Of a stretch of 64,000 nt of DNA, positions 52,395 to 61,046 are shown one piece after another (position 1 is the first letter of the stretch; every line of letters starts with the position of its first letter). Position numbers and translations under genes: made by a program. The stretch comes from an uncultured Gemmatimonadales bacterium (GTDB lineage Bacteria; Gemmatimonadota; Gemmatimonadetes; Gemmatimonadales; GWC2-71-9), in contig CBFGTM010000007.1 in NCBI GenBank assembly GCA_965652025.1, positions 19,817-83,816 on the forward strand. Reading direction: 5' to 3'. The notes below the pieces were generated by a model. The model saw only the letters and a list, made by a program, of their open reading frames with translations, did no database searches and was not told the DNA's origin.

Positions 52395-53036
52395 TTGCCT
52401 TGTGACCGCTGGCCGACTGTGAGCTCCACGTCTTCACCCACCGAATACTCCCCGTCTCGACGTCAGGCGTCCGCACCCGACGGCGCCGCCGCCGAACGCC
52501 AGCTGGCCCGCTGGATCGCCGAGGGAGACGAGGCCGCTCTGGCTGAGCTGTTCGACCTCACGGGTCCGACGCTCTACGCCGTCGCTTTTGGCATTTGTGA
52601 GAATGCCCGGCAGGCTGAAGGCGCGGTCGAGGAGACCTTCGCCGAGCTCTGGGACAAGCGCGCTTCCCTGAGCCGGCTCCCGGCGGTCTCACCCTGGCTG
52701 CTGGAACGCTGCCGCTCCTGGGCCATGGCCCTGCAATCCGCGAACGACATCCCCAATCCCAAGACCCTCCAGGACCGGGCCGGTGACGTACCACTGACCC
52801 GGCGGCTACTGCGTTGCCCGGAGCCGCTGCGGACCGCGCGGGTGCAGGCAGCCCTCGATCGGTTGGACGAGCGCGAAGATGAGGTTGTCGTGCTGGCCTC
52901 GCGAAGCGGCCGCAGCGTTGCCCAGATTGCCGACCAGCTCGGCCTGACCCCGGAAGAGGTGCACCGACTCATTCGTCACGGGCTACGATCATTGCGCCAA
53001 GAGCTGGAGCACACCGTACGGCGGGAAACGGTATAG
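52395..53036 (+). CDS. ECF-type RNA polymerase sigma factor
   Basis: Region 2 ...ALAELFDLTGPTLYAVAFGI...AEGAVEETFAELW, region 4 HTH RSGRSVAQIADQLGLTPEEVHRLIRHGLRSLR. TTG start at 52395 is uncertain. Confidence 0.75.
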   Translation: MPCDRWPTVSSTSSPTEYSPSRRQASAPDGAAAERQLARWIAEGDEAALAELFDLTGPTLYAVAFGICENARQAEGAVEETFAELWDKRASLSRLPAVSPWLLERCRSWAMALQSANDIPNPKTLQDRAGDVPLTRRLLRCPEPLRTARVQAALDRLDEREDEVVVLASRSGRSVAQIADQLGLTPEEVHRLIRHGLRSLRQELEHTVRRETV

Positions 53037-53896
53037 TGAGCCACCCGGACGCACTGGCCGACCGGCTTGGGGCCTACGCCCTCGGCCTGCCCGATGCCGA
53101 TCCCGATGGGGCCCTCGCCGCGCACTTGGCGGCTGGGTGCGACGACTGCGCCGGCGAGCTGCGCGAGCTGCGCGAAACCTCCGCGCTTCTGGCGCTCGGA
53201 ACCGAGCCGCTGACCCCGCCAGACGATCTCCGGGAACGGCTGCTGGATCGGGTGACCGGCGAGAGCTTCGTCTTCGTGTTGTCCGGATCCGGCCAGTGGC
53301 GGCAGGAGGGAGAGCTCGAGATCAAGCAGCTGTTTTCGTCGCCCGCCGGCGGAGGCACGGAACTGATCTCACTGCGGACCGGCTCCACCCTGGAGCAGGC
53401 GTATCGCCCCGGTCACCTGGGGTATGTGATCATTCGGGGCGAGCTCGACGGCGAGAGTCTGCGCTTGGGTGCTGGCGACTTTGTGCCCGCAGCGGGCAAA
53501 CTCCCCGGCCGGAAGATGTCGGTGGTGATGGATACGGTGTTGCTCGCCGTGGCGGGCTCGGAGAAGGCGTTGCCCCTCGACTCCCCCCGGGCGGTGCGCT
53601 CCGGAAAGGCGGCCTGGAATCCGATGGAGCCGAGCACTCTGGCGCTGCCGCTGGCCGGGAGCGCCCAAGAAGGGGTCGAGATTTCGCTGATGCGGATCGA
53701 GCCCGGCGGCTCCGTCGCGAGGCACCGCCACGACTGGGTGGAGGAGTTGTGTGTGATCTCAGGCGATTGCCGCTGCCAGGGCATGGAGCTGGGACCCGAA
53801 GATTACCATCGCGCCAGTCCCGGAACGAGACACGATGTTCTCACCAGCGTGGGCGGATCCACGATGGTTTACATCATTCGAAAGAGTGAGCAGTAA
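53036..53896 (+). CDS. Anti-sigma factor, ChrR-like (zf-HC2 N-terminus + cupin C-terminus)
   Basis: HLAAGCDDCAGEL (HxxxCxxC) near the N-terminus and cupin-like ISLMRIEPGGSVARHRHDWVEELCVISGD. Its start overlaps the sigma stop by 1 nt. Confidence 0.65.
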   Translation: MSHPDALADRLGAYALGLPDADPDGALAAHLAAGCDDCAGELRELRETSALLALGTEPLTPPDDLRERLLDRVTGESFVFVLSGSGQWRQEGELEIKQLFSSPAGGGTELISLRTGSTLEQAYRPGHLGYVIIRGELDGESLRLGAGDFVPAAGKLPGRKMSVVMDTVLLAVAGSEKALPLDSPRAVRSGKAAWNPMEPSTLALPLAGSAQEGVEISLMRIEPGGSVARHRHDWVEELCVISGDCRCQGMELGPEDYHRASPGTRHDVLTSVGGSTMVYIIRKSEQ

Positions 53897-53915
53897 GCTT
53901 AAGCTTACTACCTCG
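53886..53915. terminator. Minimal GTAAGC palindrome between convergent genes (perfect 18-bp palindrome 53892-53909)
   Basis: AGTAAGCTTAAGCTTACT is its own reverse complement. It contains the TAA stop (53894-53896) of the plus-strand gene and the stop (53908-53910) of the minus-strand gene. Confidence 0.6.
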
Positions 53916-55581
53916 CCGCTACCTTCACGTCCGCCGTTTGCCAAGCCTTCTTGAAGCGTTTTTCGGCCGCATCAGCGGCTTTGGCTTTCCCTTGCGCTCT
54001 CAAGCTCTCTGCCAGTCCATGTAGCGACCAGCCGTTCTCCGGCCGGCGCACCAAATCTTCACGGTAGACCTTCTCGGCCCGAACCGGCCTTCCCGCCGCC
54101 AGCAGAATCGCCCCCAGTCGCTGCCGCATCGGCAGATACCAGGCCGGTGGTTCGTCATAAGTCAGATCATCTTCGCCCTTGATGGCCTTCTCGAGCTCAG
54201 CCACGGCCTTGTCAGTCTGTCCTTGCTTGGCTGCCATCTCGCCCGCCAGGTGCGCCTGCGCAATAGCGAGGAGCGCCTTGGCCGAGTTGAGATTCATCAT
54301 CGCGTCCTCCGGCATGGCTTGGACAATGGCCTCGAGCCGCTGCCGTTCCTGCGCCGCAGAGTCCAGCCGGCCCCGCCCGGTGTGGGCCAGCCCCCGGACG
54401 TAGTGCCAGATTCCAGTGGTATAACGCAGATCCTTGGGAGGAGCCGGCTGCTTCAGGATGTCGCCCCACTTCGAGAAGCGAGCCAGAGTGTACAGCAGCG
54501 TGGGAGAGAAGTACTCGAGCGGGGGGGCCTGCCTCACCGCCTCGGCCGGCACCTTCTTGCCGATGTTCCTCGCCGCCTCGAGGGCATCTTGGCTGCGGCC
54601 CAGCATGTTCAGGGCATACCACATCACGTGGAAGTTGTGGGGATAGTACGCCACGGGATACACGCCGGTCGGATGCCGCTCGCTGATGAACTCTTCGTCG
54701 GCATGCACGGCGTGCTCGTTGTCCTCGGTGGCCAGATCCCACTGGCCCAGCTTGATGTAGATGTGCGTCGGCATGTGGACCAGATGACCGGCGCCCGGCA
54801 TCAAGCGGCCTAAGCGCTTGGCACAGGGGACGGCTTTGCTGGCCTCGTTCGATGCTTCTACCGCATGGATGTAGAAGTGGCAGGCGCCGGGGTGGTCGGG
54901 ATTTCGTTTGAGGACGGCCTCCAGCACCTTCACCGTCTCTCTGGTGGAGGGTGCCTTGGGGTTGCCACCGTTGGTCCAGTAGTTCCACGGCCGGAGGTCC
55001 ATCAGCGCCTCGGCGTAGAGCGTCGCCGCATCATCGTCATCCGGGAACATCCGACTCACCCGTCCAATGGCGCGGGCCCAGGCCGTGTCCAGCGAGGCTC
55101 GGTTGGCGGAGGGGTCGGCGGAGTAGCGCTTGGCCAGTGCGTCGATATAGGCCCGCTCCTGGGGTGTCACCTTCACCGAGTGGCTTACCGCATTGTACGC
55201 AGCCTCCCACGCAGGCCGTACCAGTGAGGTGTCCATCGGAAGATTGATGTTGGGGCCGAGCGCGTAGGCGATGCCCCAATAGCACATGGCGCAGGTGGAA
55301 TCATGCTTCAACCCCTCCTTGAACGACTTGATTGCCTCGTCGTGGTTGAAGGCGTAGGTAAGTCGGAGTCCCTGGTTGAAATACTGCTGGGCCAGCTGCA
55401 CCTCGGTCGTGATGGTATGGTGCAGTGAGCCCAGATTGTCGTAGAGCGGGATCTCGAGAGTGGAGGAGTCCGTAGTGGGTGCCCCTGGCGGATGGCGATG
55501 CTCCTGAGCCTGCAGAACCGATGACATCATGGATAAAGCCAGGCCCGATCCCAGACCGAAGCGAAGATACCGAACTATCAT
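53908..55581 (-). CDS. Secreted TPR-repeat protein of unknown function
   Basis: Signal peptide MIVRYLRFGLGSGLALSMMSSVLQAQ; TPR-like helical repeats throughout (...AQQYFNQGLRLTYAFNHDEAIKSFKEGL...). Confidence 0.6.
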   Translation of the reverse strand: MIVRYLRFGLGSGLALSMMSSVLQAQEHRHPPGAPTTDSSTLEIPLYDNLGSLHHTITTEVQLAQQYFNQGLRLTYAFNHDEAIKSFKEGLKHDSTCAMCYWGIAYALGPNINLPMDTSLVRPAWEAAYNAVSHSVKVTPQERAYIDALAKRYSADPSANRASLDTAWARAIGRVSRMFPDDDDAATLYAEALMDLRPWNYWTNGGNPKAPSTRETVKVLEAVLKRNPDHPGACHFYIHAVEASNEASKAVPCAKRLGRLMPGAGHLVHMPTHIYIKLGQWDLATEDNEHAVHADEEFISERHPTGVYPVAYYPHNFHVMWYALNMLGRSQDALEAARNIGKKVPAEAVRQAPPLEYFSPTLLYTLARFSKWGDILKQPAPPKDLRYTTGIWHYVRGLAHTGRGRLDSAAQERQRLEAIVQAMPEDAMMNLNSAKALLAIAQAHLAGEMAAKQGQTDKAVAELEKAIKGEDDLTYDEPPAWYLPMRQRLGAILLAAGRPVRAEKVYREDLVRRPENGWSLHGLAESLRAQGKAKAADAAEKRFKKAWQTADVKVAAR

Positions 55582-55624
55582 AGCCTGCTCCTCGGAGAAT
55601 GAAGTTTCTCCCGCATTGCGCTGA

Positions 55625-58600
55625 TCAGTTGCTTTCGGCTGCAGTCAGCCGTCCGAACCCGGGGTTCGACCGCAGCGCCCAGAAATTCGGGTCCAGCCGG
55701 AGCCATGCCGGCGATACATAGAACGGGATTGAGAGCATCGTGCCGAGGGTTACCAGGGCCTCGTCCTCCATACCTACGCGCGACTGAACGCAGGCCAGCC
55801 GGTAGACCAGGAGTGCGCCGTTCAAGGCGTCCTTGGCGATGGGGAGCAGGGAGATGGCTTTCTCTGCCTCGCGAAGCGCCTCGTCCTTGCGACCGAGATA
55901 GGCGTGGACCAGGGCCAGGCGCGAGTAGGTGTCGGCGTCGTCCGGCCTGGCCTTCACCTGCGCAGTCAGCAGCCGCTCAGCGGCGCGAGCTCGGCGTTGA
56001 GCCGTGGCTGAGTCACCCTGCTGGAGATAAATGGCCGCCGAAGCTGTGTTCCACCACACCGTGTCGCCGAAAAATTGCTCGGGCCCCATGCGGAGCACCT
56101 TGGCCTGCTGATCCGCATCCAGCAGCCAATAGAGATCCCAATAGGTGGCAACAAAGGGCAGCAGCTCATCGAGTGCGATCTGGGATGCGCCGCCGCGGAT
56201 GGCCTTGCGCGCTTCGTCCAGTTTTCCCTCACCCAGAGAAATCATAGCCCGGAGCTGATAGGCTTCGGGATTGGTGGGGCCAAGAATGATGTACCGGTCC
56301 GCCGCGCTGCGAGCTTCGGCATAGCGCCGTAGCCAGAGCAGATTGGTCGCCAAGCCAGCCGCATAGCCCGCCGAGGTAGGATCCAGGATGGCTGCTCGCT
56401 GGCGATAGGGCAGGGCTGCGAGCCAACGTCCCTCCAGCTCGAGGAAGCTGGCGGTATAGCCGGTCAGGCGTGCGTTCGAAGGGTCCGCCTGCAACCCCCG
56501 GCGGGTCTCCTCCCGTGCCGCTCCCTGGTTTCCCTTCATCAGATGGTAGTAGGCCAAGACCTGGCGGGCATCTGCCTCTGCGCCCCCGATCCGGAGCGCC
56601 CGCTCACCGTGGTTCCTGGCCTGTTCCAGCAGCTTGGGGTCGGCTATCACATTATTCCACAAAGCCGCCTCGGCCCAGCCCAGTTGAGCCCAGGCCGCCG
56701 CAAAGTTGGAATCCCGTTTCACCGCGTTGGCGAACTCCGCCATAGCTCGCTTGAGCTCGCCGGGACCCGAGGCACCCTGGCGCATGATCTGTTGGCCTCG
56801 GAGGTAAGCCTCGTAGGCCTCCGGATCGCGACGCTGCTCGGACAGCGATCCGGCGATCTCCTGGGAGGGGGCCAGCCAGCCTCGGCGCCAGGCTGCGACT
56901 GCGGTGCCAGCAACCAGGACCAAGGCTACCGCGATGAGGGCACCCCACTGGAGGCCGGCGCTGGGCAAGCGACCTCCTGAGGGAACGGCCCCAACCAACG
57001 CATCGGCAAACTCCCCGGCACTCTTGAACCGATCATCCGGCTTTGTCGCCAGCGCCTTCATCAGGGCTCGGCTCACCCGCCGGGGTACGCCTGACCGACG
57101 CTGAGTGATGGTGACGGGAGGTGCATGAAGCCGCTGGGCTACGACCGCCCTCGGTGTGCCGGTAAATGGGGGCCCGCCGGCCAACATCTCATAGAGCACA
57201 CATCCCAGCGCATAGACGTCGGCCCGGCCGTCGACCTCCTGAGATCCGCTGGCCTCCTCTGGGCTCATGTAAGCGGGGGTTCCCACCGCAAAGCCGGTGG
57301 CGGTGAGGCCATCGCCCGCCGCCTTATCCAGCGCCCGGGCCACACCGAAGTCCGCTATGACCGCGTGCTGCTCCTCGATCATGATGTTCTCGGGTTTGAC
57401 ATCCCGATGCACGACGCTTCGCCGGTGGGCGTAGTCCAGGGCCGAGGCCACTTCGCAGGTGATCCGGACCGCATCGTCTATCGGGATGGTGCGCTCCCGG
57501 ACCAGCCGCTGCCGCAGAGTTTCACCTTCGACAAACGGCATGGTGTACCACAACTGGCCTGCGGCCTCACCGGAGTCGAACACCGGGAGGATGCGCGGGT
57601 GGCGCAACTGGGCGGTGATCCTGATCTCGTGGAGGAACCGCTCGGCACCGACCGAGGAGGCGAGATCGGGTCTCATGACCTTGAGAGCCACGAGGCGGTC
57701 GTGACGCAGGTCGCGAGCGAGGTAAACCGTCGCCATCCCGCCCTTTCCCAGCGCCTGCTTGATGGAGTAGCGGCCGGCCAGGGCGTCCTGGAGCTGGAAT
57801 AGACTCGGGATGCTCTGACTCTGAGGCTGGTGATCCGGAGGTGTCGGAGCTTTGGTTGGCCGCGATGCACCCAGCTTCTCCAGGGTGCTGTGGGCATCCT
57901 CGAGTACCAGGGAAGCGGGCTCCTGGCGTCCCAGTTTCTTCAGGCTCTCGGCCAGCTGAAACCGGGACCGGGCCGCCTCGAACGGGGTCTCGTTCCGCTC
58001 GAACAGGGCCGCGCTCGTCTCCAAACGTTCCCAGGCGGCCTGATGGTTGTCTTCAGCAGCGAGGAGGCAGCCCTCCGCGTGAGCGACGATGGCCTGGAGC
58101 GGCTCCGTGCCTACAGTTTGGGCGATGGTGCGCAGCTCGGCGATGGCAACTCGGGCCTCTTCCAGCGACCCTTCACCGATTCGTGCCCGAGCCAGGACGT
58201 CGAGCCCAGGCACTCGTTCGGTGCGGTCGGCTTGTGGTACCCGGCGCAGGTACTCCTCCGCCAAATCTGCCGCCGCGCTCGGCTCGCCACGGTCGAGAGC
58301 CAGCTGCCCCCGTCCCAGTACCGCCAGCAGGTGGGTGCCGCTCTTGGCCAGGAGCTCTTCCGCCTCTCGCCAGCGGCCCTGCCGGCGGCGAAGGTCGGCC
58401 AGGCGGATCTGGGCGATCGGCACCAGCCGAGGCTGAACCTGTTCGACGTGGCGGCGAAGTGCTTCGATCTCCTGTTCGGCCTCGGTCCATTCTCCCCGGA
58501 TGGTCAAGAGACCAGCGTACTGGATCCGGCAAGCGGAGAAGAGCCCGTTGAGGTTCCAGCGGCGGCTGAACTCTCGCACCCGGTGGCACCACTGGGCCGC

Positions 58601-59272
58601 GCGGTCATAGTCGTGCACCTGCTCGCAGGCTCGAATGAGGTAGCAGCACGCGGTCCCGACCATGGCGGGCTCATTCAGCTCGCCGGCTAACGCGGCCGCG
58701 GTGGCTTCATCCAGACGGCTCATGCCCTGGGCCACCTGGCCCTCGTTCACCAGCGCCAGGCCCTCGAGGGCAATGCCCAGCATCTCTATGTCGGCGGGTC
58801 CGACCTTTCTGGCGATCTCGGCGGCTTCGGCGCTGAGCCGGCGGGCTGCCACCGGGTCACGCTGACCCATAAGAGCGTTGTGGGCATTGAATTGCGCGAG
58901 CAGAGCATGTTCGGGCGACAAGGGGAGATTCTCCAGGAGCCGCTCGGCCCGGCGGAGCCAACCGTTGGCAATGGCGGTCTCGCCCCGGTATTCGGCGTAG
59001 TCATGGCTGAGCCAGACGGCCATGCGGGCGGCCCCGAGCATGTCGTCTCGGGTGCGATAGAGTCGGTAGGCACACTCCCGGGCTTCGATGCCGGCGGCGT
59101 ACTCCTCCAGCCACCAGCAGGCCATTCCCAATCCTTCCAGTGCCTGAGGGGAATCCCGCTGGGGGCTGGCGGCCTCGAAGCTCTGCCGCGCGGCCTCCCA
59201 GTTCCCTTCGGCGAGAGCGGCGCGGCCGGCCTGAAGGTGCTCTACGGGCGGGGAATCGGGTGTGGTCGCCAT
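55625..59272 (-). CDS. Ser/Thr protein kinase with ~480-aa N-terminal TPR-like solenoid, one TM helix and C-terminal extracytoplasmic TPR domain
   Basis: Kinase core GKGGMATVYLARD, VALKVM, HRDVKPENIMI, DFGVA, SPEE. TM LQWGALIAVALVLVAGTAVAAW. TPR-like repeats on both sides. Confidence 0.85.
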   Translation of the reverse strand: MATTPDSPPVEHLQAGRAALAEGNWEAARQSFEAASPQRDSPQALEGLGMACWWLEEYAAGIEARECAYRLYRTRDDMLGAARMAVWLSHDYAEYRGETAIANGWLRRAERLLENLPLSPEHALLAQFNAHNALMGQRDPVAARRLSAEAAEIARKVGPADIEMLGIALEGLALVNEGQVAQGMSRLDEATAAALAGELNEPAMVGTACCYLIRACEQVHDYDRAAQWCHRVREFSRRWNLNGLFSACRIQYAGLLTIRGEWTEAEQEIEALRRHVEQVQPRLVPIAQIRLADLRRRQGRWREAEELLAKSGTHLLAVLGRGQLALDRGEPSAAADLAEEYLRRVPQADRTERVPGLDVLARARIGEGSLEEARVAIAELRTIAQTVGTEPLQAIVAHAEGCLLAAEDNHQAAWERLETSAALFERNETPFEAARSRFQLAESLKKLGRQEPASLVLEDAHSTLEKLGASRPTKAPTPPDHQPQSQSIPSLFQLQDALAGRYSIKQALGKGGMATVYLARDLRHDRLVALKVMRPDLASSVGAERFLHEIRITAQLRHPRILPVFDSGEAAGQLWYTMPFVEGETLRQRLVRERTIPIDDAVRITCEVASALDYAHRRSVVHRDVKPENIMIEEQHAVIADFGVARALDKAAGDGLTATGFAVGTPAYMSPEEASGSQEVDGRADVYALGCVLYEMLAGGPPFTGTPRAVVAQRLHAPPVTITQRRSGVPRRVSRALMKALATKPDDRFKSAGEFADALVGAVPSGGRLPSAGLQWGALIAVALVLVAGTAVAAWRRGWLAPSQEIAGSLSEQRRDPEAYEAYLRGQQIMRQGASGPGELKRAMAEFANAVKRDSNFAAAWAQLGWAEAALWNNVIADPKLLEQARNHGERALRIGGAEADARQVLAYYHLMKGNQGAAREETRRGLQADPSNARLTGYTASFLELEGRWLAALPYRQRAAILDPTSAGYAAGLATNLLWLRRYAEARSAADRYIILGPTNPEAYQLRAMISLGEGKLDEARKAIRGGASQIALDELLPFVATYWDLYWLLDADQQAKVLRMGPEQFFGDTVWWNTASAAIYLQQGDSATAQRRARAAERLLTAQVKARPDDADTYSRLALVHAYLGRKDEALREAEKAISLLPIAKDALNGALLVYRLACVQSRVGMEDEALVTLGTMLSIPFYVSPAWLRLDPNFWALRSNPGFGRLTAAESN

Positions 59273-59426
59273 GCCAAAAGTTTGGAGTATTGGGGGAACG
59301 ACCCTGTAACCTAGGGGTTTCGAGTGGGCCTGTCACGCCGGACATGGCCGCTCCCGGCCTCGAGCGTAGCGGGGACCCCAAGACTGTATGTGCTTGGAAT
59401 TAGCCCTCTAAGAACCTCAAGTTTGG

Positions 59427-59456
59427 TTGACGGCGGTGGGGGAGGATCGGTAACTT
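59427..59456 (+). promoter_or_regulatory. Putative promoter of the tRNA pair (TTGACG 59427-59432, 18-nt spacer, TAACTT 59451-59456)
   Basis: Sigma-70-like hexamers; the -10 ends 12 nt upstream of the tRNA-Ala 5' end. Confidence 0.4.
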
Positions 59457-59468
59457 ACGCGCCTTCGT

Positions 59469-59541
59469 GGGGCTGTAGCTCAGCTGGGAGAGCGCTGCAA
59501 TCGCACTGCAGAGGTCAGGGGTTCGATCCCCCTCAGCTCCA
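59469..59541 (+). tRNA. tRNA-Ala (anticodon CGC)
   Basis: Manual cloverleaf: acceptor GGGGCTG/CAGCTCC with the G3:U70 alanine identity pair, D arm GCTC-AGCTGGGA-GAGC, anticodon arm CTGCA-ATCGCAC-TGCAG, T arm AGGGG-TTCGATC-CCCCT, discriminator A. CCA not encoded. Confidence 0.95.
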
Positions 59542-59552
59542 TGACACAAAAC

Positions 59553-59625
59553 TGCCCCTTGGTGTAACTGGCAACACGCCTGACTCTGGATCAGGAGAGT
59601 CCTGGTTCGAGCCCAGGAGGGGCAA
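59553..59625 (+). tRNA. tRNA-Gln (anticodon CTG)
   Basis: Manual cloverleaf: acceptor TGCCCCT/AGGGGCA (U1:A72 as in bacterial tRNA-Gln), anticodon arm CCTGA-CTCTGGA-TCAGG, T arm CCTGG-TTCGAGC-CCAGG. CCA not encoded. Confidence 0.95.
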
Positions 59626-59627
59626 CT

Positions 59628-59665
59628 GAAAGCGCCGCATCGGAGTTCCCGGTCGCGGCGCTTTC
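59628..59665 (+). terminator. Hairpin after tRNA-Gln
   Basis: gaaagcgccgc (59628-59638) pairs with gcggcgctttc (59655-59665), followed by cctattt. The U tract is weak. Confidence 0.45.
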
Positions 59666-59700
59666 CCTATTTGCGGTCCTGAGTTCATGTGTGAGTTACT

Positions 59701-59900
59701 TCAAGCTTTAAGCTCCAAAGGATCTCTCGATTTTGTCTTCACGGACAAATTTTTTCGCTCAGTGGCCCACATCCGCCGGAAAGCATGCCACAAGCTTCCA
59801 TCCGGCTTCTTTAGCCCGCTCAGCTCATAGGCCCGCTTGAGCCCATAAGCGGCAAGACGTCGGTCCACTGGCCTGCGATGCCTCTTCTGCCTGGGGTGCA
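59701..59900 (-). pseudogene. Tyrosine recombinase (phage integrase family) C-terminal remnant
   Basis: ...LAAYGLKRAYELSGLKKPDGSLWHAFRRMWATERKNLSV... matches the box II HxxRR region of integrases. It stops before the catalytic Tyr region and has no N-terminal domains. The rest of track ORF 59701-60588 is antisense to arsR. Confidence 0.6.
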
Positions 59901-59993
59901 GAAAGATGGCTACCTCACCAGCGCCCGGGTAAACTGCTCGGAATCGGGCCAACCCGGCTTCCCACCCCCTTGCAGAGATCGATCCGCCTGCTA

Positions 59994-60019
59994 TATACTG
60001 AACCATATGGTTCAGTATA
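59994..60019. promoter_or_regulatory. Perfect 26-bp palindrome, probable ArsR-family operator
   Basis: TATACTGAACCATATGGTTCAGTATA is its own reverse complement. The central ATG (60007-60009) is the arsR-like start codon. Confidence 0.6.
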
Positions 60020-60372
60020 CGCCGGGCCGCCTCGATGCCTCGTTCGCCGCGCTCTCGGACTCCACCCGCCGTGGCGTGCTGGAGCAGCTCGGACGCGAAA
60101 ATGCCTCGATCACATCTCTCGCCGAGCGGTTCCACATGACCCTGACGGGCATGAAGAAGCACGTCGGCGTGCTGGAGCAGGCGGGTCTCGTGACGACCCA
60201 GAAGGTCGGCCGGGTGCGGACTTGTCGCCTCGGCCCGCGCCGGCTGGAGGACGAGACGGCGTGGATCGAGCGCTACCGGCGACTCTGGGAAGCGCGCTTC
60301 GATGAATTGGAGAAGATGGTCGATAAACTGAAACACAAGGAGAAAGGCAATGGAGACCAGGACCGCAAGTGA
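60007..60372 (+). CDS. ArsR/SmtB-family transcriptional regulator
   Basis: FAALSDSTRRGVLEQLGRENASITSLAERFHMTLTGMKKHVGVLEQAGLV (winged HTH of the ArsR family). Start ATG 60007. Confidence 0.85.
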   Translation: MVQYTPGRLDASFAALSDSTRRGVLEQLGRENASITSLAERFHMTLTGMKKHVGVLEQAGLVTTQKVGRVRTCRLGPRRLEDETAWIERYRRLWEARFDELEKMVDKLKHKEKGNGDQDRK

Positions 60373-60382
60373 GCCCACTACC

Positions 60383-60859
60383 ATGAAGAACCGCACGACA
60401 TCGGAGCGGAAGTCTGCGCGTGAGCTGGTCGTGACGCGCACGATCAACGGCCCGGCGCGGATCGTGTTCGAGGCGTGGACCAAGCCCGAGCTGTTCAAGC
60501 AGTGGTGGGTACCGAAGTCGCTCGGCTTGACGCTGCTGTCGTGCGACATGGACGTTCGTCCCGGGGGCAAGTATAAGCTCGTGTTCAAGCACGGAGCTTC
60601 AGAGCCGATGGCGTTCTACGGCCGGTATGCGGAAGTGACGCCGCCTTCGCGGCTCGTGTGGACGAACGAAGAGGGCGGGGAAGATGGGCCGGTCACGACG
60701 GTGACCTTCAAGGAGGAAGGTGGCAAGACGCTGGTCGTGCTAACCGAGCTTTACCCGTCGAAGGAAGCGCTCGATGCTGCGATCGCGTCCGGCAGTACCA
60801 GCGGAGACATGAATGAGACATTTGAGCAGTTGGAGGAGCTGATCGGCATGCTGAAGTAG
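60383..60859 (+). CDS. SRPBCC / AHSA1-domain protein
   Basis: ELVVTRTINGPARIVFEAWTKPELFKQWWVPKS...GGKYKLVF...VTFKEEGGKTLV is typical of Aha1-like SRPBCC proteins that commonly follow arsR genes. Start 60383 or 60350. Confidence 0.8.
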   Translation: MKNRTTSERKSARELVVTRTINGPARIVFEAWTKPELFKQWWVPKSLGLTLLSCDMDVRPGGKYKLVFKHGASEPMAFYGRYAEVTPPSRLVWTNEEGGEDGPVTTVTFKEEGGKTLVVLTELYPSKEALDAAIASGSTSGDMNETFEQLEELIGMLK

Positions 60860-61046
60860 CAAGCGACCGCGAATCCGTTAGGCCGCACGGGTACGATGAC
60901 TCACCATACCCGATCAGCGCTTTCTCGAGATACTGCTGAGGGATACTGAAGCGCGCTTTATCTTAGGGAGACCGCGCTGGCGAAGCGCGAAGCGCGGAGC
61001 GGGAAGCTAGCGAGAACGGTGGGCTTTTTCTTTGCGCTCGGCCGTC

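Noticed and set aside
59324-59629. 101-aa plus-strand ORF
   Set aside because: It spans both tRNA genes and their promoter. The tRNA cloverleaves are unambiguous.
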